Source: Escherichia coli (lineage in GTDB: Bacteria > Pseudomonadota > Gammaproteobacteria > Enterobacterales > Enterobacteriaceae). From it: a stretch of 64,000 bases of DNA. Where the stretch lies: assembly GCF_003334385.1 (NCBI RefSeq), contig NZ_QOWN01000015.1. One strand, given 5' to 3'. Below the pieces are notes generated by a model that had not been told where the DNA came from, did not search any database, and saw only the letters and a list, made by a program, of their open reading frames with translations. Below are positions 11,087 to 23,245 of the stretch, one piece after another. Position numbers and translations under genes: made by a program. How positions within the stretch are numbered: position 1 is the first letter of the stretch; every line of letters starts with the position of its first letter.

Positions 11087-12040
11087 ATGAGTACACTTGA
11101 ACCTGCTGCCCAGTCGAAACCGCCGGGCGGATTTAAGCTGTGGTTGTCGCAGCTGCAAATGAAGCATGGGCGCAAACTGGTCATTGCGTTGCCATATATC
11201 TGGTTGATCTTGCTGTTTCTGCTGCCATTTCTGATTGTCTTTAAAATAAGCCTGGCGGAGATGGCGCGCGCTATTCCACCTTATACCGAACTGATGGAGT
11301 GGGCTGACGGGCAACTGTCCATCACTCTTAATCTCGGTAATTTTCTGCAACTGACCGACGATCCGCTCTATTTCGATGCTTATCTCCAGTCGCTACAGGT
11401 GGCTGCGATTTCGACATTTTGCTGTTTACTGATCGGCTATCCGCTGGCGTGGGCGGTGGCGCACAGTAAGCCTTCGACCCGTAATATTTTATTACTACTG
11501 GTGATCCTGCCGTCGTGGACCTCGTTTCTGATCCGCGTTTATGCCTGGATGGGAATATTAAAAAACAACGGTGTGCTGAATAATTTTCTGCTGTGGCTGG
11601 GGGTTATCGATCAACCGCTGACCATTCTGCATACCAATCTGGCCGTTTATATCGGCATTGTTTACGCTTACGTGCCGTTTATGGTACTGCCGATTTATAC
11701 CGCGTTGATTCGTATTGATTATTCGCTGGTGGAAGCAGCGCTGGATCTCGGTGCACGACCGCTGAAAACGTTCTTTACTGTGATCGTGCCGCTGACTAAA
11801 GGTGGGATTATTGCCGGATCGATGCTGGTGTTTATCCCGGCTGTGGGCGAGTTTGTGATCCCGGAACTGCTCGGTGGCCCGGACAGCATCATGATCGGGC
11901 GCGTGCTATGGCAAGAGTTTTTCAATAACCGCGACTGGCCGGTGGCCTCGGCGGTAGCGATCATCATGTTGCTGCTGCTAATTGTGCCGATAATGTGGTT
12001 CCACAAACACCAGCAAAAAAGCGTGGGAGAACACGGATGA
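11087..12040 (+). CDS. potH: Putrescine ABC transporter permease PotH, 317 aa
   Basis: Multi-TM ABC permease ORF directly after potG. Confidence 0.95.
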   Translation: MSTLEPAAQSKPPGGFKLWLSQLQMKHGRKLVIALPYIWLILLFLLPFLIVFKISLAEMARAIPPYTELMEWADGQLSITLNLGNFLQLTDDPLYFDAYLQSLQVAAISTFCCLLIGYPLAWAVAHSKPSTRNILLLLVILPSWTSFLIRVYAWMGILKNNGVLNNFLLWLGVIDQPLTILHTNLAVYIGIVYAYVPFMVLPIYTALIRIDYSLVEAALDLGARPLKTFFTVIVPLTKGGIIAGSMLVFIPAVGEFVIPELLGGPDSIMIGRVLWQEFFNNRDWPVASAVAIIMLLLLIVPIMWFHKHQQKSVGEHG

Positions 12041-12882
12041 ATAATTTACCGGTAGTTCGTTCGCCCTGGCGGATTGTGATTTTGCTGCTGGGCTTTACCT
12101 TTCTCTACGCGCCAATGCTGATGCTGGTTATCTATTCGTTTAACAGCTCGAAGCTGGTGACGGTGTGGGCCGGCTGGTCAACGCGCTGGTATGGTGAGTT
12201 ATTGCGCGATGACGCGATGATGAGTGCGGTTGGTTTAAGTCTGACAATTGCGGCCTGTGCGGCGACGGCGGCGGCGATCCTCGGAACTATTGCGGCGGTG
12301 GTGCTGGTGCGCTTTGGCAGGTTTCGCGGATCAAATGGCTTTGCCTTTATGATCACCGCGCCGCTGGTAATGCCAGATGTCATCACGGGCTTGTCGCTGT
12401 TGTTATTATTCGTCGCGCTTGCTCATGCCATTGGCTGGCCTGCGGACCGCGGTATGCTCACCATCTGGCTGGCGCATGTCACTTTTTGTACGGCTTATGT
12501 GGCGGTCGTTATTTCTTCAAGATTGCGGGAACTGGATCGCTCGATAGAAGAAGCAGCGATGGATCTCGGTGCGACGCCGCTGAAAGTGTTTTTCGTCATT
12601 ACGCTACCGATGATCATGCCCGCGATCATTTCTGGCTGGTTACTGGCTTTTACTTTGTCGCTTGATGATCTGGTGATCGCCAGCTTTGTTTCCGGGCCGG
12701 GAGCCACCACGTTACCGATGCTGGTCTTTTCCAGCGTGCGGATGGGGGTGAATCCGGAAATCAACGCCCTGGCAACATTGATCCTCGGCGCGGTCGGAAT
12801 TGTCGGATTTATCGCCTGGTATCTGATGGCTCGCGCAGAAAAACAGCGGATACGCGACATCCAGCGTGCAAGACGTGGCTGA
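12037..12882 (+). CDS. potI: Putrescine ABC transporter permease PotI, 281 aa
   Basis: ATG at 12037 overlaps the potH stop (ATGA); multi-TM permease. Confidence 0.95.
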   Translation: MNNLPVVRSPWRIVILLLGFTFLYAPMLMLVIYSFNSSKLVTVWAGWSTRWYGELLRDDAMMSAVGLSLTIAACAATAAAILGTIAAVVLVRFGRFRGSNGFAFMITAPLVMPDVITGLSLLLLFVALAHAIGWPADRGMLTIWLAHVTFCTAYVAVVISSRLRELDRSIEEAAMDLGATPLKVFFVITLPMIMPAIISGWLLAFTLSLDDLVIASFVSGPGATTLPMLVFSSVRMGVNPEINALATLILGAVGIVGFIAWYLMARAEKQRIRDIQRARRG

Positions 12883-12941
12883 AGACACTAAAATTTGCCA
12901 ACCTGGCTACATAATGCCGCGCATGTCGCGGCATTGTTTTC

Positions 12942-13430
12942 ATGGAAGACGAAACGTTGGGATTTTTTAAGAAAACATCTTCATCTCATGCTCGCCTGAA
13001 TGTGCCTGCGCTGGTGCAGGTGGCGGCGCTCGCCATTATTATGATCCGTGGCCTCGACGTGCTGATGATTTTCAATACGCTGGGCGTGCGCGGTATTGGC
13101 GAGTTCATTCATCGCAGCGTACAAACCTGGAGTTTAACGCTGGTCTTTTTAAGCAGTCTGGTGCTGGTTTTCATTGAGATCTGGTGTGCGTTTTCACTGG
13201 TGAAAGGGCGTCGCTGGGCGCGCTGGCTATATCTGCTGACACAAATCACCGCCGCAAGTTACTTGTGGGCGGCTTCGCTGGGGTACGGTTATCCGGAGCT
13301 GTTCAGCATTCCCGGTGAATCAAAACGTGAAATCTTCCATAGCCTGATGCTGCAGAAGCTGCCGGATATGCTCATCCTGATGCTGCTGTTCGTTCCCTCG
13401 ACCAGTCGGCGGTTCTTCCAGTTGCAATAA
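12942..13430 (+). CDS. ybjO: Inner membrane protein YbjO, 162 aa
   Basis: Hydrophobic 162-aa ORF; synteny between potI and rlmC. Confidence 0.8.
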   Translation: MEDETLGFFKKTSSSHARLNVPALVQVAALAIIMIRGLDVLMIFNTLGVRGIGEFIHRSVQTWSLTLVFLSSLVLVFIEIWCAFSLVKGRRWARWLYLLTQITAASYLWAASLGYGYPELFSIPGESKREIFHSLMLQKLPDMLILMLLFVPSTSRRFFQLQ

Positions 13431-13470
13431 TGTGTATAATCGTCGCCCCTGATGATGTGAAGGTCAATGT

Positions 13471-14598
13471 ATGCAGTGCGCACTTTACGACGCGGGTCGC
13501 TGTCGTTCCTGTCAGTGGATAATGCAGCCGATTCCAGAGCAACTCTCCGCTAAAACCGCCGATCTTAAAAATCTGCTCGCCGACTTTCCGGTTGAGGAAT
13601 GGTGCGCGCCGGTGTCAGGCCCGGAACAAGGGTTTCGTAATAAAGCCAAAATGGTGGTGAGTGGTAGCGTTGAAAAACCACTGCTCGGTATGCTGCATCG
13701 CGATGGCACACCAGAAGACCTTTGTGACTGCCCGCTTTATCCTGCCTCATTTGCGCCCGTTTTTGCGGCGCTAAAACCGTTTATCGCCCGAGCGGGGTTA
13801 ACGCCCTACAACGTGGCGCGTAAGCGTGGCGAACTGAAATACATTCTGCTGACTGAAAGCCAGAGTGATGGAGGCATGATGCTGCGCTTTGTACTGCGTT
13901 CTGATACCAAGCTGGCGCAACTGCGTAAGGCGCTGCCGTGGTTACACGAACAACTACCGCAGCTGAAAGTTATTACCGTCAATATTCAGCCGGTACATAT
14001 GGCGATTATGGAAGGGGAGACGGAGATCTACCTGACCGAACAACAGGCACTGGCGGAGCGTTTTAATGACGTACCGCTGTGGATCCGTCCGCAAAGTTTC
14101 TTCCAGACTAATCCGGCGGTCGCCAGCCAGTTGTACGCCACCGCGCGCGACTGGGTACGACAGCTGCCGGTTAAACATATGTGGGATCTGTTCTGCGGTG
14201 TGGGGGGCTTTGGTTTACACTGCGCGACGCCTGACATGCAGTTAACCGGGATCGAAATTGCATCAGAGGCCATTGCCTGTGCAAAGCAGTCAGCCGCTGA
14301 ACTGGGCTTAACGCGTTTGCAATTTCAGGCGCTGGACTCCACTCAGTTTGCCACCGCTCAGGGGGATGTGCCGGAGCTGGTGCTGGTTAACCCGCCGCGC
14401 CGCGGCATTGGTAAACCGCTGTGTGATTATCTCTCAACGATGGCACCGCGTTTTATCATCTACTCCAGCTGTAACGCCCAAACTATGGCGAAAGATATCC
14501 GCGAACTGCCTGGGTTTCGTATTGAACGGGTGCAGCTTTTCGATATGTTCCCGCATACCGCGCACTATGAAGTGCTGACGCTGCTGGTGAAGCAATAA
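13471..14598 (+). CDS. rlmC: 23S rRNA (uracil747-C5)-methyltransferase RlmC (RumB), 375 aa
   Basis: N-terminal Cys cluster (CxxC...C) followed by a SAM-MTase domain ([18 protein letters not shown]). Confidence 0.9.
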
Positions 14599-14648
14599 AA
14601 AAGCCGCATGTGCGGCTTCAGATTGCTGACAAAGTGCGCGTTGTTTAT

Positions 14649-14746
<98 letters not shown>

Positions 14747-14796
14747 AATTTTACCTTTGTCATCAGTCTCAAGCCGCGGTTGCGGCTTTCTGAATC

Positions 14797-15528
14797 TTAC
14801 TGTGGGAACCACTGGTCACTGATTTTTTGATAAGTACCGTCAGCTTTAATTGCTGCCAGCGCGTTATTCAGTTTTTCCAGCAGGGCTTTGTTATCCGGAC
14901 GTACAGCGATGCCCAGGCCGGTGCCAAAATATTGCGGATCGGTCACTTTCTCAGTAGCAACACCAAGTTGTGGATTGGTTTTCAGCCATTCGTTTACCAC
15001 CGCTGTGTCACCAAATACCCCATCAATACGACCATTTTTCAGATCGATAAAGGCATTCTGATAACTGTCATAAGAGACAGTTTTCACTTCCGGGTGCTGA
15101 TCCTGAATATATTTCTGGTGCGTAGTACCGTTTTCCATCCCAATACGTTTGCCTTTCAGATCGGCAAACGTTTTGTAGGTATCTTTTTTGGCAATCACGA
15201 CGGCTGAGTTTTCATAGTAGGGCGTGGTAAACGATACCTGTTTGCTACGCTCCGGGGTGATATCCATACCGGAGATTACGGCGTCATATTTTCTGAATTT
15301 CAGGGACGGGATCAGGCTGTCGAACGCGTGATTAGTAAAAGTACATTCTGCCTGCATTTGTTTGCACAAGGCTTTTGCCAGATCGATATCAAAGCCGACA
15401 ATCTCATTATTAGCACCTATAGATTCAAAGGGTGGATAGGTGGCTGAAACGCCAAAATTGATTTTCTCTGCGGCAGAAGCACCGAAAGTAAAGGAAGCAA
15501 GTAAAGCGGCAAGAACTAACTTTTTCAT
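14797..15528 (-). CDS. artJ: Arginine-binding periplasmic protein ArtJ, 243 aa
   Basis: MKKLVLAALLASFTFGASAAEKINFGVSATYPPFES...; paralogue of ArtI in the same window. Confidence 0.95.
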   Translation of the reverse strand: MKKLVLAALLASFTFGASAAEKINFGVSATYPPFESIGANNEIVGFDIDLAKALCKQMQAECTFTNHAFDSLIPSLKFRKYDAVISGMDITPERSKQVSFTTPYYENSAVVIAKKDTYKTFADLKGKRIGMENGTTHQKYIQDQHPEVKTVSYDSYQNAFIDLKNGRIDGVFGDTAVVNEWLKTNPQLGVATEKVTDPQYFGTGLGIAVRPDNKALLEKLNNALAAIKADGTYQKISDQWFPQ

Positions 15529-15640
15529 GATGGAACTCCCGTCTGTCAATCTTATGATTTTTGGCCGTGTCTGCGGCATGGGATAACAATGCCATCAAGT
15601 GAATTTATATGCAATAAACATGATTAAATAATTTAAATGA

Positions 15641-15678
15641 AATAAAAAAGACGGACAACTTAGTGGGTTGTCCGTCTT
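15641..15678 (-). terminator. Intrinsic terminator for the artPIQM operon (minus strand)
   Basis: Inverted repeat agacggacaac...gttgtccgtct (15649..15677) followed on the minus strand by a T-run (plus-strand A-run 15643..15648). Confidence 0.6.
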
Positions 15679-15701
15679 CATTATAAGAATTTATGCACTA
15701 T

Positions 15702-15788
15702 GTAGGCCGGATAAGGCGTCCCCGCCGCATCCGGCACAGGCACCGTGCTGATGTCTGATGCGACGCTGGCGCGTCTTATCAGACCTAC
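15702..15788. repeat. BIME: two REP units between artM and the operon terminator
   Basis: gtaggccggataaggcgtccccgccgcatccggcac and tgatgcgacgctggcgcgtcttatcagacctac match the REP consensus. Confidence 0.75.
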
Positions 15789-15818
15789 AAAACCCCCCGG
15801 CGAATGTACGCAGCCACA

Positions 15819-16487
15819 TTAATTTCGCCGTTCGAATGCCAGCGCTTTGCGCTCGATCAGACGCATCATCAGCGTCAGCAGGCCGTTAACGACCAGGTAA
15901 ATAATCCCTGCCGCACCGAACACCATTACATCGTAGGTGCGTCCGTACAACAACTGGCTGTATCCCATCACTTCCATCAGCGTAATGGTGTATGCCAGAG
16001 AGGTACTTTTGAATACCAGCACCACTTCGTTGGAATAAGAAGAGAGCGAGCGTTTAAAGGCATACGGCAGCAGGATCGCCAGCGTATCTTTTTTGCTCAT
16101 TCCCAGGGCGCTACAGGACTGCCACTGACCTTCCGGGATCGCACGAATTGCACCGTAAAACAGCTGCGTGGTATACGCCGCACTATTCAGCGACAACGCA
16201 ATCAGCGCACATAACCACGGTTCTGACAACAAATGCCACAGTGCCGGATACTCCTGCAAAGTCGGAAACTGGCCCGGCCCGTAATAAATCAGGAAGATCT
16301 GCACCAGCAGCGGCGTACCGGTAAACAGCGTGATATAACCCCGCACCAGCCACACCAGCACCGGCGTTTTCAGCGTCAGGATGATGGTAAAAATCAATGC
16401 CAGAATCAGTGCCACAATCAGCGAGGCAACGGTTAGCGTCAGGCTGGTGTGTAGCCCTTTCATCAGTTCGGGTAAATACTCAAACAT
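15819..16487 (-). CDS. artM: Arginine ABC transporter permease ArtM, 222 aa
   Basis: Multi-TM permease ORF; operon context artP-artI-artQ-artM. Confidence 0.95.
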   Translation of the reverse strand: MFEYLPELMKGLHTSLTLTVASLIVALILALIFTIILTLKTPVLVWLVRGYITLFTGTPLLVQIFLIYYGPGQFPTLQEYPALWHLLSEPWLCALIALSLNSAAYTTQLFYGAIRAIPEGQWQSCSALGMSKKDTLAILLPYAFKRSLSSYSNEVVLVFKSTSLAYTITLMEVMGYSQLLYGRTYDVMVFGAAGIIYLVVNGLLTLMMRLIERKALAFERRN

Positions 16488-17203
16488 TAGCTGGGCCTCC
16501 GCTCAAAACGTGTCGCGCGCAGGTCAATGCGTTTGAGAATGTACTGACTGAGCAGGGTGATCACCAGGTAAATCGCCGCCGCCACAATGTACCAGGTAAA
16601 TGGTTCCTGGGTACGAGTAGCGATGCTTTTTGTTTGCAGCATTAAATCATTCACACTAATCAAACTGACCAGCGCGGTATCTTTCAGCAGCACCAGCCAC
16701 TGGTTACCGAGGCCAGGCAGCGCATGACGCCACATCTGCGGCATCACCAGACGGAAAAAGATAGCCGATTTCGACAGCCCCAGCGCCTGACCAGACTCCC
16801 ACTGACCCACCGGCACCGCTTTCAACGCGCCCCGAAGCGTTTGCGAGGCATAGGCGGCATACAGCAGTGACAGAGCGATGACACCACAAAGGAACGGGCT
16901 AACGTCGAAGTCCTCAATGTCCATCTGCACTGGGATCTGCACGAACCCAAGATTGATAGTGAAGCCATCCGAAAGCGTCAGCAGCAGCTGCGAGGAGCCA
17001 AAATAGATAAACAGCACCACCAGAATTTCTGGCAGGCCACGCAGAATGGTTACCAGCGCTGAACCTGCCCACGCGACAGGACGCCATTTTGCCGACTCCC
17101 ATACCGCAAAGAACATCGCCAGCGCCAGCCCGACAATCAATGCACAAACGGCAAGGCCGACGGTCATCCCGGCGGCGCTTGCTAAAGGAAAAAATTCATT
17201 CAT
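16487..17203 (-). CDS. artQ: Arginine ABC transporter permease ArtQ, 238 aa
   Basis: Multi-TM permease ORF; its start overlaps the artM coordinates. Confidence 0.95.
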   Translation of the reverse strand: MNEFFPLASAAGMTVGLAVCALIVGLALAMFFAVWESAKWRPVAWAGSALVTILRGLPEILVVLFIYFGSSQLLLTLSDGFTINLGFVQIPVQMDIEDFDVSPFLCGVIALSLLYAAYASQTLRGALKAVPVGQWESGQALGLSKSAIFFRLVMPQMWRHALPGLGNQWLVLLKDTALVSLISVNDLMLQTKSIATRTQEPFTWYIVAAAIYLVITLLSQYILKRIDLRATRFERRPS

Positions 17204-17209
17204 CAGGAA

Positions 17210-17941
17210 TTACTTCTGGAACCATTTGTTGTAGATGGTTTCGTAAGTGCCATCTTTCTTCACTTTTTCCAGCGCAGTGTTGAGTTTCTGCTGCAGCTCA
17301 GTGTTGCCCTGACGTACCGCGATGCCGAGGCCAGTGCCGAAGTAATCTTTATCGGTCACTTTGTCGCCCACCGCCGCCAGTTTCGGGTTATCTTTCAGCC
17401 ACTCAGTGACCACTGCGGTGTCACCGAAGACGCCGTCGATACGCCCGTTTTGCAGATCCAGTTTTGCGTTCTGGTAGCTGTCATACGGAACGGTAGTGAT
17501 TTCCGGGTGCTTATCCATAATGAATTTCTGGTGTGTCGTCCCGTTCTGTACGCCGACTTTTTTGCCTTTCAGCTGATCAACACTGGTGTATTTGCCTTGC
17601 TGACCCACAAACAGGGCAGAGTTGTCATAGTACGGGGTGGTAAACAGCACCTGCTTTTCACGCTCCGGAGTGATATCCATGCCCGCCATCACGGCTTCTA
17701 CGCGACGGAATTTCAGGCTTGGGATCAGGCTGTCAAACGCCTGGTTAGAGAAAGTGCAGGTTGCATCAATCTCTTTACACAGCGCTTGTGCCAGGTCGAC
17801 GTCAAAACCAACGATCTGGTTGTTTGCATCAATCGATTCAAACGGAGGATAGGAGGCTTCGGTAGCAAAACGAATGGTTTCGGCAGCTGTGGCGGAAAGA
17901 CTAAAACCTGCAATTAACGCGGCAATCAGAACTTTTTTCAT
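17210..17941 (-). CDS. artI: Arginine-binding periplasmic protein ArtI, 243 aa
   Basis: MKKVLIAALIAGFSLSATAAETIRFATEASYPPFES...; paralogue of ArtJ. Confidence 0.95.
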   Translation of the reverse strand: MKKVLIAALIAGFSLSATAAETIRFATEASYPPFESIDANNQIVGFDVDLAQALCKEIDATCTFSNQAFDSLIPSLKFRRVEAVMAGMDITPEREKQVLFTTPYYDNSALFVGQQGKYTSVDQLKGKKVGVQNGTTHQKFIMDKHPEITTVPYDSYQNAKLDLQNGRIDGVFGDTAVVTEWLKDNPKLAAVGDKVTDKDYFGTGLGIAVRQGNTELQQKLNTALEKVKKDGTYETIYNKWFQK

Positions 17942-17958
17942 TGTTGTTATCCCGAATC

Positions 17959-18687
17959 TTAGTGAGAGAGATAGTTTTTAAATGCTTCGGTTTGCGGCTC
18001 GGTAAAGCAGCTCGCGTCGCCTTGTTCTACGATATGACCATTTTCCATATACACCACTCGGCTGGCGGTTTTACGCGCCACTTCAACTTCGTGGGTGACG
18101 ATCACCTGGGTAATATTCGTTTCTGCCAGCTCACGAATGATGCTGACGATTTGTGCCGTAATTTCCGGGTCCAGTGCGGCGGTCGGTTCATCGAACAGCA
18201 GTACCTGCGGTTCCATCATCAACGCACGGGCAATAGCAACACGCTGCTGCTGACCACCAGAAAGATGCAGCGGGTAACGATCGCTATAAGGTTTGAGACG
18301 CAGACGTTCCAGCAGTTTTTCTGCACGGGCCAGCGCCTGATCTTTACTCAACCCCAGTACACGGCAGGGCGCTTCAATCAGGTTTTGCTGCACGGTCAGA
18401 TGCGGCCACAGGTTGTATTGCTGAAACACCATGCCAACGTTACGACGCAAATCGCGAATCGCTTTGTCAGAGGGTGTTTTGGTGAAATCGAAATGGTTGC
18501 CTACAATGTTGAGCGTACCGGAGCGCGGCATCTCAAGCAGATTGAGTACACGCAGCAGCGAGCTTTTACCCGCGCCGCTGGGGCCAAGTAACACCAGCGT
18601 TTCGCCCTGTGGGCAATCCAGCGTGATATCGAACAGCGCCTGATGCGCGCCGTAGAAGCAATTAATGCCGTTTAATTGAATACTCAT
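17959..18687 (-). CDS. artP: Arginine ABC transporter ATPase ArtP, 242 aa
   Basis: Walker [10 protein letters not shown], signature [15 protein letters not shown], Walker B LLFDEPT; start trimmed to MSIQLNG (ATG 18687). Confidence 0.95.
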   Translation of the reverse strand: MSIQLNGINCFYGAHQALFDITLDCPQGETLVLLGPSGAGKSSLLRVLNLLEMPRSGTLNIVGNHFDFTKTPSDKAIRDLRRNVGMVFQQYNLWPHLTVQQNLIEAPCRVLGLSKDQALARAEKLLERLRLKPYSDRYPLHLSGGQQQRVAIARALMMEPQVLLFDEPTAALDPEITAQIVSIIRELAETNITQVIVTHEVEVARKTASRVVYMENGHIVEQGDASCFTEPQTEAFKNYLSH

Positions 18688-18904
18688 TGACACTCGTATA
18701 CTGGCAGTCTGATAGCTATTGAGGTCGAAGATAGTACCTTTGACAGAATAATTATGCAATATTTCTGCTTTAAAAGTTAAAAGCAAAGCGCATTATTCAA
18801 TAAACATAGCACAAAATAACGGGGGCGGTGGTCGGCGAGCATAAATGTCGGCATTCCTCACGAAATGCCGGACAATTTACGGGGTTTATTGGTTGATCAA
18901 GGCG

Positions 18905-19420
18905 TTAGCGATTCTCGATGGACTGACGGAGCGTACCCGCCGTGGCATGAACGCTACCGCCTAAGTAACGCACATCGTCGATGACCCAACACTGGCCTTC
19001 CTGAATCATTAACACTTCATCCTGCCAACCCTGGTCACCCTGTTTGAGATCCACGCGCAATGGAATGTTACGGGCATCACGATTAGGGATAGTCGATGCA
19101 CTGGCAACGTGGGCGCTATCTGGCAAGGTGGTTCGACTGGAGAATGGATCGTTGGTCAGTAGTTCCCGATGGTTATTATCCCGGGAGGCATCGCTAAGCA
19201 GTGTCGCCAGTTTGTCGCTCAGATAAGGGCGCAAGGCGGTGATGTCGTTGCTGCGGTGCAAAATGCGGTAGTCATAAAATTGCTGGGCCACGTTATCCGG
19301 GCCTCCTTCAACGCAAGGACCACTGCGTGTGCCGTTATCTTTATAAGCTGGAGTGACTGTGGTGCAGGCACTGAGGAGCAGTGCGCAGGGGATAAGCATT
19401 GTCAATTTGCTGTAGCGCAT
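18905..19420 (-). CDS. ybjP: Lipoprotein YbjP, 171 aa
   Basis: Signal peptide with lipobox LLSAC. Confidence 0.85.
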   Translation of the reverse strand: MRYSKLTMLIPCALLLSACTTVTPAYKDNGTRSGPCVEGGPDNVAQQFYDYRILHRSNDITALRPYLSDKLATLLSDASRDNNHRELLTNDPFSSRTTLPDSAHVASASTIPNRDARNIPLRVDLKQGDQGWQDEVLMIQEGQCWVIDDVRYLGGSVHATAGTLRQSIENR

Positions 19421-19545
19421 AATGATTTCCTTATAAGCGATCGCTCTGAAAGCGTTCTACGATAATAATGATATCCTTTCAATAATAGCGTATCAGTCTG
19501 ATAATGCTTTTGAGATCGAAGGCTTAGCAAACAAGGAGATCGATC

Positions 19546-19869
19546 ATGCAATTTTCTACAACCCCAACTCTGGAAGGCCAGACCATCGTTGAATATTGCG
19601 GTGTGGTGACCGGCGAAGCGATTTTAGGTGCCAATATTTTCCGTGATTTCTTTGCCGGTATCCGCGATATCGTTGGCGGACGTTCCGGTGCGTATGAAAA
19701 AGAACTGCGTAAAGCACGGGAGATCGCCTTTGAGGAATTAGGCTCCCAGGCGCGGGCGCTGGGGGCCGATGCCGTCGTCGGTATTGATATCGACTACGAA
19801 ACGGTCGGGCAAAACGGCAGTATGCTGATGGTTAGCGTCAGCGGTACGGCGGTGAAAACGCGTCGATGA
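19546..19869 (+). CDS. ybjQ: UPF0145 family protein YbjQ, 107 aa
   Basis: 107-aa ORF; synteny; stop overlaps the amiD start. Confidence 0.85.
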
Positions 19870-20696
19870 GAAGATTCTTCTGGCTGGTCGCTGCCGCTCT
19901 GTTATTGGCAGGGTGTGCAGGCGAAAAAGGCATTGTCGAGAAAGAGGGATATCAGCTTGATACCCGACGCCAGGCGCAGGCGGCGTATCCGCGCATTAAA
20001 GTGCTGGTGATCCACTACACCGCAGATGATTTTGATAGCTCGCTGGCGACACTGACCGATAAGCAGGTCAGCTCGCATTATCTGGTCCCTGCGGTACCAC
20101 CGCGATACAACGGTAAACCGCGCATCTGGCAACTGGTGCCGGAACAAGAACTGGCCTGGCATGCGGGGATTAGCGCCTGGCGCGGGGCAACGCGCCTTAA
20201 CGACACCTCTATTGGCATTGAGCTGGAAAACCGTGGCTGGCAAAAATCGGCCGGAGTGAAATATTTTGCCCCGTTTGAACCGGCACAGATTCAGGCGCTT
20301 ATTCCACTGGCGAAAGATATTATTGCCCGTTATCACATCAAGCCGGAAAACGTAGTGGCACATGCGGATATCGCACCGCAGCGCAAAGACGATCCGGGGC
20401 CATTATTTCCCTGGCAGCAACTGGCGCAGCAGGGGATTGGTGCCTGGCCGGATGCGCAGCGGGTTAACTTTTACCTTGCCGGGCGCGCGCCGCACACACC
20501 GGTAGATACCGCGTCATTGCTGGAGCTTTTGGCGCGCTACGGTTATGACGTTAAACCTGATATGACACCGCGCGAGCAGCGGCGCGTGATTATGGCATTC
20601 CAGATGCATTTCCGCCCGACGTTATATAACGGCGAAGCGGATGCAGAAACTCAGGCGATTGCCGAAGCATTGCTGGAGAAATACGGGCAGGATTAG
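19866..20696 (+). CDS. amiD: N-acetylmuramoyl-L-alanine amidase AmiD (YbjR), lipoprotein, 276 aa
   Basis: Lipobox LLLAGCAG; amidase_2 motifs (VIHYTADD..., AWHAG...). Confidence 0.9.
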
Positions 20697-21706
20697 CGCG
20701 GCAGTTTTCCGTGGTCGCGTAGCCAGGCGGCAGTTTTCTCGATACCTTCATCCAGGGTGATGACCGGCTGATAACCTAACTCTTCCTGCGCACGCGTAAT
20801 ATCCAGCGTAAAGTCAAAATTCAACTTGGAGACGCCGTAGTGGGTCAGCGGCGGCTCTTTTGCTGACTTGCGGCCTAAACGCTCCATGCTGCGGGCGATC
20901 ATATCCAGCATCGGGTAGGGGACGGAACGAATACGACAGTCAATATTCAACTCGTCGATCAGCTTCTGCACGATGCTGCGCAGTGTGCGATGCTCGCCGT
21001 TGGTGATGTTGTACACACGCCCGGAAGGTAGCTTATCGCAGGCTTCCTGGCTTGCCAGCCACATTGCGTGCACGGCATTTTCATAGTAGGTCATATCGAC
21101 CAGCGCACTGCCGCCATGCGGTAACAGAATACTGCCGTAGTGGTGCATCATATGCGCCAGACGGGGAATAAAGACTTTATCGTGCGGTCCGAACAGACTT
21201 TGTGGGCGCAGAATAGTAAAGCGCGTTTGTGGATTCGCCTGCGAAAGCATATTGATCACTTCTTCGCTGGCTGCTTTGCTGCGGGCAAACTCGTTGGCGA
21301 AGCGGTGAGGGCGAAAATCTTCTTTAATATCGCGATGGTGGTGATAATCGAAGTACAGGGAGGGGGAAGAGATATGAATAAAGTTACGCACACCCCAGGC
21401 GACAGCCCATTCACCCAGGCGGCGAGTGGCGCGAACGTTAGCCAGATCGAAAGCCTGTTGTGTCCCCCAGGGTGAGGTAAAGCTGGAGCAGTGCCACAGC
21501 GTATCAATGCCCGCGAGCATCACTTTAGCTTGTGATGAAACCAGCTCGGTCAGATCCGCCGGAACAAACTCTGCGCCCATTTTTTCCAGCAATTTGCCCA
21601 TTGCCTCGTTGCGACCGGTCGCTCGCACGCTGATGCCTTTCTGGCATAAAAACTCTACCGCGTTTCGACCTAAGCCGCTGGTGGCGCCGGTAACCAGTAC
21701 CTTCAT
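20693..21706 (-). CDS. ybjS: NAD-dependent epimerase/dehydratase family protein YbjS, 337 aa
   Basis: Rossmann motif [13 protein letters not shown] at the trimmed start (ATG 21706). Confidence 0.85.
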   Translation of the reverse strand: MKVLVTGATSGLGRNAVEFLCQKGISVRATGRNEAMGKLLEKMGAEFVPADLTELVSSQAKVMLAGIDTLWHCSSFTSPWGTQQAFDLANVRATRRLGEWAVAWGVRNFIHISSPSLYFDYHHHRDIKEDFRPHRFANEFARSKAASEEVINMLSQANPQTRFTILRPQSLFGPHDKVFIPRLAHMMHHYGSILLPHGGSALVDMTYYENAVHAMWLASQEACDKLPSGRVYNITNGEHRTLRSIVQKLIDELNIDCRIRSVPYPMLDMIARSMERLGRKSAKEPPLTHYGVSKLNFDFTLDITRAQEELGYQPVITLDEGIEKTAAWLRDHGKLPR

Positions 21707-21804
21707 ATCAATCCACTGTTGTTGAGAAAATAACGTGCGCATTCTTCCGTGATTTCCCCCATGATGCAATGGGAAACATGAAAGAATAACGCAGGTTTTG
21801 TCGA

Positions 21805-23235
21805 TTAATCTGTGCTTTGTTCTGCCAGTCTGGCGATTTGTTTTGCCATTCCGCGAAAAATAAACAGATGCGCGGGGATCATCAATAACCAGTAAAACAG
21901 CCCCGGCATACCGTGCGGATGCCAGAAAGCGCGGACATCGATAGTACGATAGTCGCCTTTATCTTCCAGGCTAAAACACAGTCGTCCCAGCCCCGGCGCT
22001 TTCATGCCAAATAACAACGTAAGTTGTTTTTCCGGTTCAACGACAATCACTTTCCAGCTATCCACCGCATCGCCAGTCTGTAAATATTCGCGCTCCGGGC
22101 GGCCTTTCGCCAGCTTATGACCGATCGCGCGGTCCATCAACGCCCGTGTCTGCCACAAAATATTGCCAAAGAAATAACGCTCTTTACCGCCGATTTGGTT
22201 CACTACCTGCCATAAAGCAGCAAGGCTGGCGGACGTTTTAACGGTAAACCCCGCCTGTTTGGCAAAATAACCGTACTCCGGTCGCCAGCGGGCAAAGGCC
22301 TGAGCGTCGTAGCCCCAGTCGCTGGAGTTGACCAGTTTTTCCTCCTCTTTCAACGTGCTACGTACCGCGTCATCGAAAGCGATCAGCCGTTGTGGGATGA
22401 GTGCACGTAGCGCGGTATCATCCGCCAGCAGATCGTGTTTCAGCCCCTGAATCAACGCCCTGGCGGTGGTGGGCGGTACGGAAGTAATCACATTGAGAAA
22501 CCACACCGAAATCCAGCGGGTGGGGAGGGGGATGGGGATCAACCAGCGGCGCTTACCGCTCACCGCCATAAAATGTTCAAACTGTTGCTGATAACTGAGC
22601 ACCTCTGGTCCGGCGGCTTCGAAGATGCGGTGTTCGCTGGCCGGATGATCTAACAACGCAACCAGATAGTGCAGCAAGTTTTCCAGCGCAATGGGCGTGG
22701 TGCGTGAACGAACCCAGCGCGGAGGCGTTAAGACTGGCAGGTTGTAGACCATATCGCGCATGACTTCGAACGCCGCGGAACCTGCGCCAACGATAATTCC
22801 GGCCCGCAGTTCGGTCACGGGTACATTCGCTTCACGCAGAATGTCCGCCGTAGCCTGACGAGCACGCAGATGATCCGACTGCTCATGTGGCGGGGCCTGC
22901 AACGAACTAAGAAAGATTAATTGCTTAACTGGTACTTCACGTAGCGCATCGCGGACGTTGAGAGCCACCTGGCGCTCCTGAGCGATAAAATCGCCGCCTT
23001 CGCCCATGCTGTGCACCAGAAAATAGACCGTATCGATATCCTGCAACAGGGCCGGTAGGTTATCCGGCCAGCTGAGATCGACTTTATGGCAACTGACGTT
23101 TGCCAGTTGCAGCTTTGCAAGCCTGTCGACATGACGTGCCGCCGCCAGGATCTGATGCCCTTGCTGGCTGAGTGTGCGCACCAGATGCTGACCAATGTAG
23201 CCACTGGCACCGAGAACTAAAATGCGTTGCGGCAC
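21805..23235 (-). CDS. ybjT: NAD(P)-binding (NmrA-like) protein YbjT, 476 aa, GTG start
   Basis: [19 protein letters not shown]ossmann motif; GTG start chosen at 23235 rather than the upstream ORF start. Confidence 0.85.
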
Positions 23236-23245
23236 GTCTCTCTCC

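Noticed and set aside
14771-14790. Hairpin agccgc-ggtt-gcggct just downstream of artJ as its terminator
   Set aside because: Not followed by a T-run on the artJ (minus) strand; the adjacent REP/BIME units more likely define the transcript 3' end.
17941-18591. 216-aa plus-strand ORF
   Set aside because: Antisense to artP, whose ABC-ATPase motifs are unambiguous on the minus strand.
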